Source of the DNA: a virus
Direction: 5' to 3' (one strand)
DNA: 64,000 bases
IMG/VR virus record: IMGVR_UViG_3300049893_001984
Location: 128,335-192,334 of that record
Under the pieces are notes generated by a model. That model searched no databases, was not told where the DNA came from, and worked only from the letters and a program-made list of their open reading frames with translations. The stretch's first letter is position 1. Each line of letters starts with the position of its first letter. Both the position numbers and the translations under genes were made by a program. Shown here piece by piece: positions 43,860 through 53,407 of this stretch.

Positions 43860-44237
43860 TCAAGGAACAAAGTTTTCACTGACTAGAACTTCAAAAAGTT
43901 CTCTGAGCTTTTCCGGCGGCAGAAGTGCATCCGAGGGACTTAAAAAAACAAGCTTCCCATTTCCAAACAAGAAATATACTCTTTTAGAGTAGTTAAAACT
44001 GGCCATAAACAACTGCACTTTGTCCTGCGGGTGTATAAGTACGCTTAAAGATCCACCTGGGCTCAATGAGCTCTTTGGTTCACAATCACCCACCTTAGTT
44101 AATATTGGGTCGCAGTACGCGTTGAACTTATTGACCATCCCCACGCTTATTTGTACTGCAGCGTTGCTACTATTACTGAAGGCAACGATACAGTTAAGCT
44201 TTGCCGTCAGGTACACCGACAATTCGCTGCTAGCCAT
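43860..44237 (-). CDS. Hypothetical protein, ends ENFVP
   Basis: 125-aa ORF. Confidence 0.6.
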   Translation of the reverse strand: MASSELSVYLTAKLNCIVAFSNSSNAAVQISVGMVNKFNAYCDPILTKVGDCEPKSSLSPGGSLSVLIHPQDKVQLFMASFNYSKRVYFLFGNGKLVFLSPSDALLPPEKLRELFEVLVSENFVP

Positions 44238-44246
44238 ATCCCTCCT

Positions 44247-44492
44247 TCAACATCCTCGCATGGGCCGAGCCGTTACGTAGGCTGTGCCAGTCCTCGGTCT
44301 TTCTTTGGGTGCTTTTGCGTTGTACTGTACCTCTCCAACCTTTATTCCAGACCTGGCAGTGATATCCTTGTACGGGCACCAGCGATACCAGCCCGTGTGG
44401 TATAAAACCCATTCATTGGGTTTACCTAGTAGGGTCACAAGCAATGACGAGCAAAGTTTTATGTTGTTCGTTCCGACTTCTAAGGCTATCAA
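44247..44492 (-). CDS. Hypothetical protein
   Basis: TTG start behind AAGGAGG. Confidence 0.55.
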   Translation of the reverse strand: MIALEVGTNNIKLCSSLLVTLLGKPNEWVLYHTGWYRWCPYKDITARSGIKVGEVQYNAKAPKERPRTGTAYVTARPMRGC

Positions 44493-44506
44493 ATTTCCTC
44501 CTTTGC

Positions 44507-44536
44507 AAAAAAGGCGCACTCGAAGTGCGCCTTTTT
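44507..44536. terminator. Bidirectional intrinsic terminator
   Basis: AAAAAGGCGCACT/AGTGCGCCTTTTT. Confidence 0.75.
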
Positions 44537-44811
44537 GCTAACCTACCTTTCCTATTTAGCCCTGGACGCCCAGTGCTTTGTGGCCTCGTCTATCCTTCTC
44601 GGAGGCCAGTTTGTGACCACCTTCAGCCTATCCTTCAGCTTCTTTACAGCGTCTTCGAGTGTGTCACCAACGCCCTCAACAATTTCTTGCTTTCGGGGGT
44701 TTTTGAAACGTAAACCCAGACTCTAACCACGCTATTTACTCCTATGACACGAAAACACAGCGGCAGGAGCTCTGCGCTTGATTGAGCATCGTGCTGCGAT
44801 ATTTTCTTATG

Positions 44812-45258
44812 CTATTCTGATTTGATTTTTGAAAGACTGTTGACGTCTTTGGGACTTACGACCATGCACGTGGCTTTACTCATGTCTACGCTTGATTGGA
44901 GCATAGAGTCAGCAAACTGTTCAAACTTGCTAAGCAAGTCAGAATTTGGATCATCAATCCTGTCCAGGTAGTTTAAAGCCAACTGCAATGCCAGCTTAAC
45001 CGACTTCAAATCAACATCCTTAACCTCACTACCTTCAGCGGATGTTAATATAGTCAAGGCATATGTGATCTGATTCCTGGCTGCATCTGTGGCTAATTCC
45101 GGGTTGCCGACAAGAGATACACGCATTTCATTTCTGATTGTTCTGCATAAAATTTCAGCCAACTTCTCCATCTTCTTTTTCTTCACGCTACCTCCCGTTT
45201 CTGCTGTCAAAAAAGTCATCTCGTTTGCCACAATCACTACAAAAGCCGCCAGGACCAT
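44812..45258 (-). CDS. Hypothetical protein
   Basis: 148-aa ORF, start uncertain. Confidence 0.55.
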   Translation of the reverse strand: MVLAAFVVIVANEMTFLTAETGGSVKKKKMEKLAEILCRTIRNEMRVSLVGNPELATDAARNQITYALTILTSAEGSEVKDVDLKSVKLALQLALNYLDRIDDPNSDLLSKFEQFADSMLQSSVDMSKATCMVVSPKDVNSLSKIKSE

Positions 45259-45373
45259 GCTCTCTCCAGTCGTGGCAACCTATACGGCAATACCATTTTT
45301 TGGGCATAAAGATAAAAGAAAACAGAACCAAGAGAATTATAGCTGGCACCATTTATTGCTCTCCAACATGTGC

Positions 45374-45748
45374 TTATGCTTTGGCTTTTAGATACTTCAT
45401 CGCCTCAAGGGCCGCTCTGCATACAGCATGCGGCAAGGACTTGGGGTCCAAAGCTGTGCACTCCTTTTCCCTGTTTTTAAGGATGAATGTTGCTCTCACC
45501 CCTGTCTTACTGTTCGTCATCCTGACCAGCCAGCCCATCTCCTTCATGGTGTCAATAACCTGCAAGAACTTCGACCCATCGGGGTTGGCAAAATCAGGTA
45601 TGCACTCTTTGTAACCAGCTCCAGGCGCAGACAGTATGGGCCACTTATAGCTATCCCATATGTCCTTCTGGATAAAACCTGGTCTTTCCAATCGCCGCCA
45701 TCCCATGACGGAAATAGCGACGGCTTCATTTAGCGCTTCGTCTGTCAT
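45374..45748 (-). CDS. Phage ABA-sandwich (Phage_ABA_S-like) protein, paralog 1
   Basis: LNEAVAISVMGW...LPHAVCRAALEA. Confidence 0.7.
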   Translation of the reverse strand: MTDEALNEAVAISVMGWRRLERPGFIQKDIWDSYKWPILSAPGAGYKECIPDFANPDGSKFLQVIDTMKEMGWLVRMTNSKTGVRATFILKNREKECTALDPKSLPHAVCRAALEAMKYLKAKA

Positions 45749-45797
45749 GGTGTCCTCCCAGTAATGGTTTTTAAAAATGCTAACAAATCACTAACTG

Positions 45798-46046
45798 TTA
45801 CTCAATAGGCTCCTCTTCTATCCAGTAATTTCGCCCATTGGTCATTCCTGAGAGCTCCAGCTTTGAAAGTTCCTCCTCGGCGGCAGCTTTTGTTTTTCGA
45901 GCAACCTCAAACCGGACAACATCGCTGTCCGGATAGCACGAGAAGATAAGGAAAACAGTCGCCTTCTTCTCTGCTTTCGGCGCTCGGCGGATGACAATGC
46001 TGTCTGACTCATCCTGGCTGTGGATCACGGTCTTCGTCTTCGGCAT
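45798..46046 (-). CDS. Hypothetical protein
   Basis: 82-aa ORF with SD. Confidence 0.6.
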   Translation of the reverse strand: MPKTKTVIHSQDESDSIVIRRAPKAEKKATVFLIFSCYPDSDVVRFEVARKTKAAAEEELSKLELSGMTNGRNYWIEEEPIE

Positions 46047-46070
46047 TCTGCCCTCCTGTTGTGTCCCCGA

Positions 46071-46592
46071 TCAGTTGTCGTACCCGACCTTACGCAGATC
46101 CTCTTCATGCCACTCCTCTGCCACCACATCGCCAGCTATCTCACGTAAGACGATCCAGGTTTTTTCACGCGGACCCTTCTCACTTACCTTTCCTGTTGCG
46201 TACTCGTTTTTCTCCTCGTCCAGGAGGAAAACGATATCGTTCACACTGATTGGGCACTCTGGCAACCTGAACACAAAGCTTATACCGTTATTCTTCGGTA
46301 TGATGTCGTCAGGAGCTCCGGACGCCCTCAGCTCTTCAAAGAACTTATTCCTGGCCTTTACAAACTGGATCGGATCCCACCGCAGAGATTTCATGAAGAC
46401 ATATCCGCATACCTCAAGATAAGTCAGAAGATCCAGTATGTTTGAGAAAGGCAGAATACTGCGCACCCTTATAAACTCTTTTGGGAGGATTATTTGCCCT
46501 GACCCCTCTGTGTTAATGCAGATATTAAAATTGCTGTCAGAAACAGAACGCTGCGTAGAAATAAGCAGCTCAATTCCACCGTTGCACTTCAT
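46071..46592 (-). CDS. Hypothetical protein with SH3-like C-terminus
   Basis: ISVNDIVFL...TGKV...WIVL...EWHEEDLRKV. Confidence 0.5.
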   Translation of the reverse strand: MKCNGGIELLISTQRSVSDSNFNICINTEGSGQIILPKEFIRVRSILPFSNILDLLTYLEVCGYVFMKSLRWDPIQFVKARNKFFEELRASGAPDDIIPKNNGISFVFRLPECPISVNDIVFLLDEEKNEYATGKVSEKGPREKTWIVLREIAGDVVAEEWHEEDLRKVGYDN

Positions 46593-46614
46593 CTCTTTCT
46601 CCTTTAGTAAAACC

Positions 46615-47214
46615 TCACCACTCCACCCCGGCTAACCTGTATACATCCAGCTCGCCCAAACATACAAACTGGCATACGCCAATATGATATGTCTGCAGGT
46701 TATGATGGTGACCGAAGAACCAGTACTCTGGTTTGTGCACTTCAAACATAGCCTGAAGTGCTTCACTGGTTCTTGTCTTAATCATTCGTGGCTTGCCCAT
46801 CATTACACTGACAATATGGCTTGGACCCTCGTGGCTTATCATGATACGAGGCTTTACCTTACTGTACTTATCCAAAGCCTTGCCCAGGGTTTCGTAGGTC
46901 AGCTCCTCGTCGTCCCAAATGGATATTCCCGGTATACGTGACTTCCAGTCGATGGACCAAGCACCACTAACAAAGAATATGCTTGGCTTCTCTGCAAATC
47001 CGTAATCCCCGAGATAACCAGCTGTTCCTCTGCAGATGGCTGGTGAATCATGGTTACCGCGAACAAACCTGCGGTTACCGCCCAGTTTTGGAACAATTTT
47101 ATTGTGGTCAAAGAACCCAAATCCAAAGTCTCCGAGCTGCGCAGTATGCTCTTCATTCTGCACAATCTCGTTGTATTCGCGCACCCTACCGTGCACATCG
47201 CCGATGAACAACAT
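46615..47214 (-). CDS. Calcineurin-like metallophosphoesterase
   Basis: IGDVHG, LGDFG, RGNHD, SHEGP, FGHHH. Confidence 0.9.
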   Translation of the reverse strand: MLFIGDVHGRVREYNEIVQNEEHTAQLGDFGFGFFDHNKIVPKLGGNRRFVRGNHDSPAICRGTAGYLGDYGFAEKPSIFFVSGAWSIDWKSRIPGISIWDDEELTYETLGKALDKYSKVKPRIMISHEGPSHIVSVMMGKPRMIKTRTSEALQAMFEVHKPEYWFFGHHHNLQTYHIGVCQFVCLGELDVYRLAGVEW

Positions 47215-47269
47215 TCATACACTCCTTGTAGAATGGAAGGGGGCCTTTAATGGGCCCCCTTTACCGTGG

Positions 47270-47776
47270 TTAGCCTTGGGTGTTTTCGGCGGCGATGAGT
47301 ATTTTCTTGAGGCGGTCAATCTCCCCTAACCGGCTTTTTGCCATGTTAAGTTCGTGTTTTGTTGAATCGAACTTGAGGCTCAACTCCTTCTCCCGCTCCT
47401 CGGCATTTTTGCGGCGTAGGCGTTCCTGCGCCAACTCTCGGGCGACTGACTCTGACTTCTTATCTGCCGCATCCATCTTTTCATGCGCCGCTTTCGTTGC
47501 CTCTTCAGCTTTTTTCGTTGCGACCCTTACAGCTTCACGGATTTCAATCTCGTGCTCCGAAACCTTTTGTTCACGCTGCTGTAGCTCCTCCTCCTTCTTT
47601 TTCAGCTCATTTCCACGTTCGACGATTGCGTTGTACTCAGCGTTCAACCAGTTTGACACCCGAATCAAGGCTGGCAACTGCTTGCCAGTGATATCGGCAA
47701 TAACCGGTGCTATTCCCCTTACCAGAAGGAGATCCTCGTTTGACGGCACGCAGACCTCATTACCCTGGTTGCTCAT
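47270..47776 (-). CDS. Coiled-coil hypothetical protein
   Basis: 168 aa, E/K-rich heptads. Confidence 0.65.
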   Translation of the reverse strand: MSNQGNEVCVPSNEDLLLVRGIAPVIADITGKQLPALIRVSNWLNAEYNAIVERGNELKKKEEELQQREQKVSEHEIEIREAVRVATKKAEEATKAAHEKMDAADKKSESVARELAQERLRRKNAEEREKELSLKFDSTKHELNMAKSRLGEIDRLKKILIAAENTQG

Positions 47777-47825
47777 ATTAAAAACTCCCTGCTATGCCCA
47801 GTTGGGCGGCTCACAACGCATGCAA

Positions 47826-48155
47826 TCAGGACACAGTTGCCTGAATTTGCACCCTATCCAGATCCTGACAGACCCTCTTCCAATCATTTCTCGCCGCAGC
47901 CGACTCTGCTCTCTGTTCAGCTGTGCTTTTCGAATTTCTTACCCTGGTTATGTTCTCCATGTTCCACCAATTGTAGCAACGCAGTGCAACTGACAACTGC
48001 TGCTGCCACGTCAAGATGTCCCACGGTAAGAAAGCTTGAACGTTTTCCGGGAAGGAAAACCTCGGTGTTCTAGCGCCTTTTTTGAACCAATCCCCCTCGG
48101 TAGGCAAAAAGCAATTTTTGTACAAGTGAACTCTCACTGTAGCTCCTTGGATCAC
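47826..48155 (-). CDS. Hypothetical protein
   Basis: 109-aa ORF. Confidence 0.5.
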   Translation of the reverse strand: MIQGATVRVHLYKNCFLPTEGDWFKKGARTPRFSFPENVQAFLPWDILTWQQQLSVALRCYNWWNMENITRVRNSKSTAEQRAESAAARNDWKRVCQDLDRVQIQATVS

Positions 48156-48285
48156 AATGTTTAGGTTGGGGTCGGCAGTTAACAGAATTTATTTCAGCGC
48201 GCAAAGCTTCTGTGTCTTTAATAGAAAATCACCCTGGTCGGTGCTCCTTATGCCTTCCAGGGTGTTTTATTCACAACTTACACTG

Positions 48286-48483
48286 TCATTCAGCGGGTTT
48301 GAAGTCTGTTTTCTTGCGCCATGTACCAGCAGGGAGGTACTCATAACCCTGCTTATACATCTCGATGTCCTTCTCGCGGCTTTTATTTGATACGTAAGAA
48401 GCCACAAGAATGATGGACACAACAAAAAGCCCAACGCTCCCGATAAATACCAACATTTTGGCAACTTCAGACCAACTATCCAT
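48286..48483 (-). CDS. Small single-pass membrane protein (related to 63376..63570)
   Basis: TM followed by GYEYLPAGTWRK. Confidence 0.6.
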   Translation of the reverse strand: MDSWSEVAKMLVFIGSVGLFVVSIILVASYVSNKSREKDIEMYKQGYEYLPAGTWRKKTDFKPAE

Positions 48484-48502
48484 TATTGTCTCCTAGCCAA
48501 AC

Positions 48503-48574
48503 TAGACCCAGGGGGAATCGAACCCCCATCTGCCGATTAGAAGTCGGCGGCTTTATCCGTTAAGCTATGGGTCA
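48503..48574 (-). tRNA. tRNA-Arg (TCT), CCA not encoded
   Basis: TGACCCATAGCTTAACGGATAAAGCCGCCGACTTCTAATCGGCAGATGGGGGTTCGATTCCCCCTGGGTCTA. Confidence 0.88.
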
Positions 48575-48581
48575 GTGTGGC

Positions 48582-48896
48582 CTATTCCTTACTCACTTCC
48601 TCACTTTTTTGGTGAAGGGAACAAATCCCTTCACGCACTACTTGGTGGTTTTTCTGCCACAAGAGCAGCTGCTCGTTAGCAGCCACCATCTCGTGCCATT
48701 CCTTGGAGTACGGACTTAAAAGTCCAAGCGGTGTACCGTCCCCTGAGATGTCTGGCGCTAGAACCGCATACCATGGTTGTTCCTTGCGCGGATCAAAGAC
48801 TTCACAGTACATGTCAGGTCCCGCGTCATGACTCCAGTGGTGGTAGAAGCAATGCGCGCAGTTGTGGCACCCGTCCTGTACTTTGTAGTCCTTCAT
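48582..48896 (-). CDS. CxNC four-cysteine family protein, paralog 1
   Basis: YKVQDGCHNC...YC...GIC..H. Confidence 0.65.
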   Translation of the reverse strand: MKDYKVQDGCHNCAHCFYHHWSHDAGPDMYCEVFDPRKEQPWYAVLAPDISGDGTPLGLLSPYSKEWHEMVAANEQLLLWQKNHQVVREGICSLHQKSEEVSKE

Positions 48897-49324
48897 TTCT
48901 TTTTACCCTTTACCACTCCGGTGCTTTTCTTTGTCGTTGTCGCCGGAGCATTCGCGTTTCTGCCGGGACGCCAGTTATAGGACATGGTTGCGTACTTTCT
49001 GGCATGGGCCAGCTCCGACAAGTACTTTCCAATAATCTTTGACGTTTTCTTCGCCTTTGGCAATTTCACGAAGGCGTCCTTGGCACGCGAAGCTTCGTCA
49101 ACCCAAGCCCGGAAGGCGCACGACTGAACCACCCAGACCTCCTGCGCGGACAGCTTTTCTGTGAGCGATGCCTGCGCAACTTTTCCGAAGTCGAAGTGCG
49201 CGGTCTTGACGATCGGTAAACCGTTTACAATCTTTACCCCGGTGTCTGCCAAGATGATCGGGGCCTTCTTGCTGACAGCCTTCTTAGCGGGGGCCAATGT
49301 CGCGGGTTTGATGCTGTTGCTCAC
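48893..49324 (-). CDS. Lys/Ala-rich basic protein
   Basis: GTG start behind AAGGAG. AKKAVSKKAP and TKKSTGVVKGKK. Confidence 0.6.
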   Translation of the reverse strand: MSNSIKPATLAPAKKAVSKKAPIILADTGVKIVNGLPIVKTAHFDFGKVAQASLTEKLSAQEVWVVQSCAFRAWVDEASRAKDAFVKLPKAKKTSKIIGKYLSELAHARKYATMSYNWRPGRNANAPATTTKKSTGVVKGKKK

Positions 49325-49502
49325 GGTACTCTCCTTTTTCGTGATTGTCACAAATCCCCTGCAGCACAATGCGCGGGGCGATTTCTGTCGATGGCCTGGG
49401 GTGAATACAAATGTCCCAGTCCATCCATTCTTCAAGGCCGTAAATTGTCTTGCGGTACTTGCAGTTCCAACACCCGTCTTGAACCCTGTAGTTATTACAC
49501 AT
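49284..49502 (-). CDS. CxNC family, paralog 2
   Basis: YRVQDGCWNC...IC...GICDNH. Confidence 0.6.
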   Translation of the reverse strand: MCNNYRVQDGCWNCKYRKTIYGLEEWMDWDICIHPRPSTEIAPRIVLQGICDNHEKGEYREQQHQTRDIGPR

Positions 49503-49509
49503 GGGAGGC

Positions 49510-49728
49510 CTAGCCTATCGGGTAATCGTTCTCCGTCAAAGCACGTTCAAACGCGCTCTTTACGGCCTCATCTCGGGTGTTTCCCACGCCCGTGGTAAAT
49601 TTTCCAACCACACTACCGTCTGACTTAACATCGTTCCAACCCAACGAACAACACCAGGCGCCTAGACTTGGGTCATAAATCACGCTCTTAGGACCCTTGT
49701 GCTTTCCGTACAACGATTCCAAAGCCAT
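49510..49728 (-). CDS. Hypothetical protein
   Basis: 72 aa with SD. Confidence 0.6.
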   Translation of the reverse strand: MALESLYGKHKGPKSVIYDPSLGAWCCSLGWNDVKSDGSVVGKFTTGVGNTRDEAVKSAFERALTENDYPIG

Positions 49729-49772
49729 ACATTTCCCTCCTTATGGGCCAAAGATTTTTACACAGCCTACAC

Positions 49773-50081
49773 TCAAAGCCTTTTCACGACCTTTGGGTCA
49801 ATTTCCTCCTGTATCTGTTGCACTAGTTTTTCCCAGCAGGCGATCGATCGTTTAAATTCGCCATTGGGTTCTGAAAGGTTGGTAAGTGCGCGCCAGCACC
49901 AAATAGCCAGTTCCAGTTTGTCTGGCAGCAAAAGGTCGTCCCAGTGCACTTTTTCAAGATGTTTGTAACGGTCACGACCCCGGCTTGAAAGCACACAGCA
50001 GACGCGATCGGCAGGGCACCAGTTTGGCAAGGTACAGCCAGGGGGCAGCTCTTTTTTCCAGTTCGGCCATGTTCCGTACAT
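49773..50081 (-). CDS. LPxGCxLP family protein
   Basis: WKKELPPGCTLPNWC. Confidence 0.6.
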   Translation of the reverse strand: MYGTWPNWKKELPPGCTLPNWCPADRVCCVLSSRGRDRYKHLEKVHWDDLLLPDKLELAIWCWRALTNLSEPNGEFKRSIACWEKLVQQIQEEIDPKVVKRL

Positions 50082-50362
50082 CAGCCCTCCTGTTTATTCT
50101 TCTCAATGAGGCGCCGTATCTGGCTAGCCAGGCACCTGCTGGAATGAGGCCCTTCCAGCAGGTTCAAGGCAGCAGATATCTCTTGCTCACACCGTTCCAG
50201 TTTTTTCTCCAGCTCTTCAACTTTTGCAAACAGATGTGGCTCGCAGGAACCAACACAGTGCTGCCAATCACCCGGTGTTGATGACCCATCCGGGTTAAAC
50301 TTCAGTCGCTGCCACCCGTCTAATTTTGTTACCTCTCCTCCGCACATATGGCACTTATTCAC
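50081..50362 (-). CDS. Zinc-ribbon plus coiled-coil hypothetical protein
   Basis: GTG start at 50362 (GTGA overlap), CHMC...HC..SC. Confidence 0.55.
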   Translation of the reverse strand: MNKCHMCGGEVTKLDGWQRLKFNPDGSSTPGDWQHCVGSCEPHLFAKVEELEKKLERCEQEISAALNLLEGPHSSRCLASQIRRLIEKNKQEG

Positions 50363-50787
50363 GGTACAAACTCCGTAGTTACGTTCGTAAGCGTTGTAGG
50401 ACTCCAATCTTTCCACAGTCTCACATATTCAGCTGCCCTGGCGTGAACATGCGAAAACGCGTTTCTCCGGTACTGCAGGTAGAGGGAGCTAAGTCCTCCG
50501 ACCCTTGCCATTTCTGCCTCTACTTTCTCTATGTTTTTTAACGCCAACATTTCGTCCTCTTCCCAGCATTCGATGCAGGCGTTTTTCAACTCCAGCATCT
50601 GCTCGGGGCTTGCTGTATTCACGCAGATAGGTTTTTCACCTTCTTTTTTAAATTCAACAAGCCCATTGATTACATCAAAGCTAAACTGTGCATCCCCCAG
50701 CGGTACAGGGAGGTCATTAATAAATACGCACGCACGCCCAATAACAGCGATGGGATTAGACGGATCGAAAGCCATGTTCTCGCTCAT
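50359..50787 (-). CDS. Hypothetical protein, ends TEFVP
   Basis: 142-aa ORF. Confidence 0.65.
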   Translation of the reverse strand: MSENMAFDPSNPIAVIGRACVFINDLPVPLGDAQFSFDVINGLVEFKKEGEKPICVNTASPEQMLELKNACIECWEEDEMLALKNIEKVEAEMARVGGLSSLYLQYRRNAFSHVHARAAEYVRLWKDWSPTTLTNVTTEFVP

Positions 50788-51191
50788 GGTACAAATTCCT
50801 CCTGAGGCGAAACCTGGGCGGGTGCCTGTCTATAAGCTGGATCTGGTGGCTGCCATTGGAGGCAAACCTGGGCATACTGTGCAGCCCTTGAAATGTTTAA
50901 CGCCAATGTACCCTGCGCCCTGTCATTGCGTGGATCGGCCAACTCTCCTGCGATCATCTGCTGCGTCAGCTCACGATGCAGGTCCATCCATACTCTGTAA
51001 CCAACGCTAGAACCTATATATGGAATGTTTCTAATAAACCCTTGCCCCACTAAGTAGACACGAAGAGAACCATCGCCCATTCTAAGCACCTCAAACATAC
51101 GATCCAGCACATCGCCGGGGTAATGGTTGTTTACCGGAATTGGAAAACCCTCAACAATTTGGGGTGCTATTACTTGTTCCGCGTAATTCAT
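50784..51191 (-). CDS. Hypothetical protein, ends EEFVP
   Basis: 135-aa ORF. Confidence 0.65.
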   Translation of the reverse strand: MNYAEQVIAPQIVEGFPIPVNNHYPGDVLDRMFEVLRMGDGSLRVYLVGQGFIRNIPYIGSSVGYRVWMDLHRELTQQMIAGELADPRNDRAQGTLALNISRAAQYAQVCLQWQPPDPAYRQAPAQVSPQEEFVP

Positions 51192-51203
51192 GCGTACTCC
51201 TTG

Positions 51204-51527
51204 TTAGGGGACAAGCTCAGCTTCAACGAAAGAATTTGACCTCTCCTTTTCTAAAATCAAATCCAGCATTCTTTTCCACGACGCGTTATTGTGAAACTCC
51301 TTAATCAGGCGGGTGGCTATAATCCTCTTCTCCGCAAGACTAAGGTCTTTCCATAAAACGATAAGGTTTTTACCCAGCTGTCCTACCTTTGGATAAAACC
51401 TACGCTGTTCCAGTGGGCCAAGCAGCCAATGCATTTTGTAGGGTAGACACCAAAAGGGTAAGACACAGGTTGGCGGCAATTCCTTCTCCCATTTCTCCCA
51501 TTCCTTCTCGTCCGCAGTATTGCTCAT
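51204..51527 (-). CDS. LPxGCxLP family protein, ends AELVP
   Basis: WEKELPPTCVLPFWC. Confidence 0.65.
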   Translation of the reverse strand: MSNTADEKEWEKWEKELPPTCVLPFWCLPYKMHWLLGPLEQRRFYPKVGQLGKNLIVLWKDLSLAEKRIIATRLIKEFHNNASWKRMLDLILEKERSNSFVEAELVP

Positions 51528-51568
51528 GTGTCACTCCTTGAGTTTGTAACTCCTTTGTGCCAAAAGTG

Positions 51569-52735
51569 TTAGAAGGCTACCTTACGTATTGCATCGATCT
51601 TTGCCTGCAGTGCGCGAACATCTTTCTCCAGTGTATTGATATATCCTGTTTTTTGGTAACAGGGCTGACAGTACTTTTGACTCCCATCGCACTTTTCGTA
51701 TTGGGCTGGCACCAGTTTGAGAGTCTCAATATGCTCTCGGCACTCCCTTAACTGACGTTGGGCGCCAATAAGATCCTCACGCATTCGCTTCAACTCCTTT
51801 GCCAGGTCCTCGCTGACCTTCCGCTCCTCTTTCAGGTCATGCTCCAGCACGTGACTGTTCGCCTTCTCCCTCTCCAAGTCTTCACTGCACCTGTGCAGAG
51901 TTTTCAACTGCTCTTTCAGGTTCTGCTCCAGCGTGTGGCTCTTAGCCTTCTCCTTCTCCAAGTCTTCACCGCGCCTGTTCAGGGCTGTCAACTGTTCTTT
52001 GCATTCGAAAGTAGAAATTTCCAATTTTGCCCGCAGCCTCTCATTCTCATCAGCCAGGACGTGGCTATTGCGCATCAACTCATCAATGGATTTGTTCCTG
52101 CTGTCCATGAGTTCCCGCGTCTTCTTTAGCTCATCCTTGAGCGCTAAGATCTGCTGTTCGGCTGTGTTTTGCTTGTACTCCTCCCAGGCCAGCCCAGGTT
52201 CAACTTCCTTTTTCTGGCTCACCTCGGGGTCGTTCTGCGTCTTGCCCTTGTAATACTCCACGGTCGACTCCAGCTTTTTCACACGGTCATCCAGTTTTTC
52301 GTTCTCCAGGATCAAGTTGCGCAACCCCGCTAGACTGGACTTCAACCTTTCCAGGGTTTTGGGCGACGTGTCCGTGCTGATCCTTTTCCGGAGCTCGTCC
52401 AGCATGATCTGCAGCCCTTCGTTGGGGGCGACGAGCAGTACACCCTGGGCATCAGCGGCTTCGAAGAACTTCCACAGCGCGGTGGCCCAGGCTGAGACCT
52501 CGGTGTTCTCCGACCTGGCTTCGCCTTTTACCCCCGTATAGGAGTCCGAGATCGTCACTTTCCATGACTGGTGGGGTATTGCCTGGTACTCGGCGTAAAT
52601 ACTCAGGTTCAGGTTGACCAGCCTTTCCCTGACCCGAGTGACCCAGTCGGGTGGGGTGGTGTTGGCTGCGAAAGGGCGTTTCACGGGTTCGGGCCAGAGC
52701 CTGCACAAAACTTTTTCAACTTTGATGGTTTCCAT
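51569..52735 (-). CDS. Long coiled-coil protein with 28-aa internal duplication
   Basis: 84-bp tandem copies at 51827-51910 and 51911-51994. C-terminal CEKC...CQPC. Confidence 0.75.
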   Translation of the reverse strand: METIKVEKVLCRLWPEPVKRPFAANTTPPDWVTRVRERLVNLNLSIYAEYQAIPHQSWKVTISDSYTGVKGEARSENTEVSAWATALWKFFEAADAQGVLLVAPNEGLQIMLDELRKRISTDTSPKTLERLKSSLAGLRNLILENEKLDDRVKKLESTVEYYKGKTQNDPEVSQKKEVEPGLAWEEYKQNTAEQQILALKDELKKTRELMDSRNKSIDELMRNSHVLADENERLRAKLEISTFECKEQLTALNRRGEDLEKEKAKSHTLEQNLKEQLKTLHRCSEDLEREKANSHVLEHDLKEERKVSEDLAKELKRMREDLIGAQRQLRECREHIETLKLVPAQYEKCDGSQKYCQPCYQKTGYINTLEKDVRALQAKIDAIRKVAF

Positions 52736-52761
52736 CGTGTAACTCCTTTATTGGATTAGGG

Positions 52762-53046
52762 TTAGGGAACAAGTTCCACGGTTGTGGAAACCTGGGGTTT
52801 CGGTTCGTGATGGTTGTAAATCAGGGAATCTTCGCAAGCATTAATTGCCTCGGAGAAGGTGGGGTAGCAAGGGCTGACTTCCTTTGATTCCGTCAACCCC
52901 CACTTTATCCAGACCCACCCGTGTTGCCTTAAAACAATATCCGCGATGGGTTCGCCTTTCTTTAGGAGAATTGCACCACCTCCGGAAATTCTCCAAGCGT
53001 AATGCTCAACCCTGTCAAGAGTTGATTGTCTAACCAGCACTTCCAT
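52762..53046 (-). CDS. Hypothetical protein, tandem paralog, ends VELVP
   Basis: VEHYAWRIS...YPTFSEAINACED...KPQVSTTVELVP. Confidence 0.7.
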   Translation of the reverse strand: MEVLVRQSTLDRVEHYAWRISGGGAILLKKGEPIADIVLRQHGWVWIKWGLTESKEVSPCYPTFSEAINACEDSLIYNHHEPKPQVSTTVELVP

Positions 53047-53078
53047 CGTGTAAGTCCTTTGTGGGGTTGGTGTTAGTG

Positions 53079-53396
53079 TTAAGGTACAAGTTCCACGGGG
53101 GTGGAAACCGGGGGTTTAAAGTCTCGAGACTTGTTGGGTCCCATGGCGCAGACATTGCCGTAGATCATGGCGTCTTCACAGGCGTCCATGGCTTTGACTA
53201 TGGTTGGGTAAGAGTCAATGCATACAGCTCCGTAGTGAGGTTCCACCCAACTTATCCAAGTCCACAATCTGTTTATTATCAAAACTTCCGCTATGTTGTT
53301 TCCATTCCTTTGCAGCTTGGCACCACTTGGGGACATCTTCCATATATAATGCTCGATCTCATTCAGGTTCATGGAGGGTTTAACTACCTCGCTCAT
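53079..53396 (-). CDS. Hypothetical protein, tandem paralog, ends VELVP
   Basis: IEHYIWKMS...YPTIVKAMDACED...KPPVSTPVELVP. ATG 53396 with GGAGG SD. Confidence 0.7.
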   Translation of the reverse strand: MSEVVKPSMNLNEIEHYIWKMSPSGAKLQRNGNNIAEVLIINRLWTWISWVEPHYGAVCIDSYPTIVKAMDACEDAMIYGNVCAMGPNKSRDFKPPVSTPVELVP

Positions 53397-53407
53397 CTTG
53401 CCTCCTT

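Noticed and set aside
47280-47993. Long plus-strand ORF (237 aa), and similar ones at 1698..2276, 7108..7677 and 38920..39519
   Set aside because: Antisense to well-supported genes, with composition mirroring the opposite strand and no SD.
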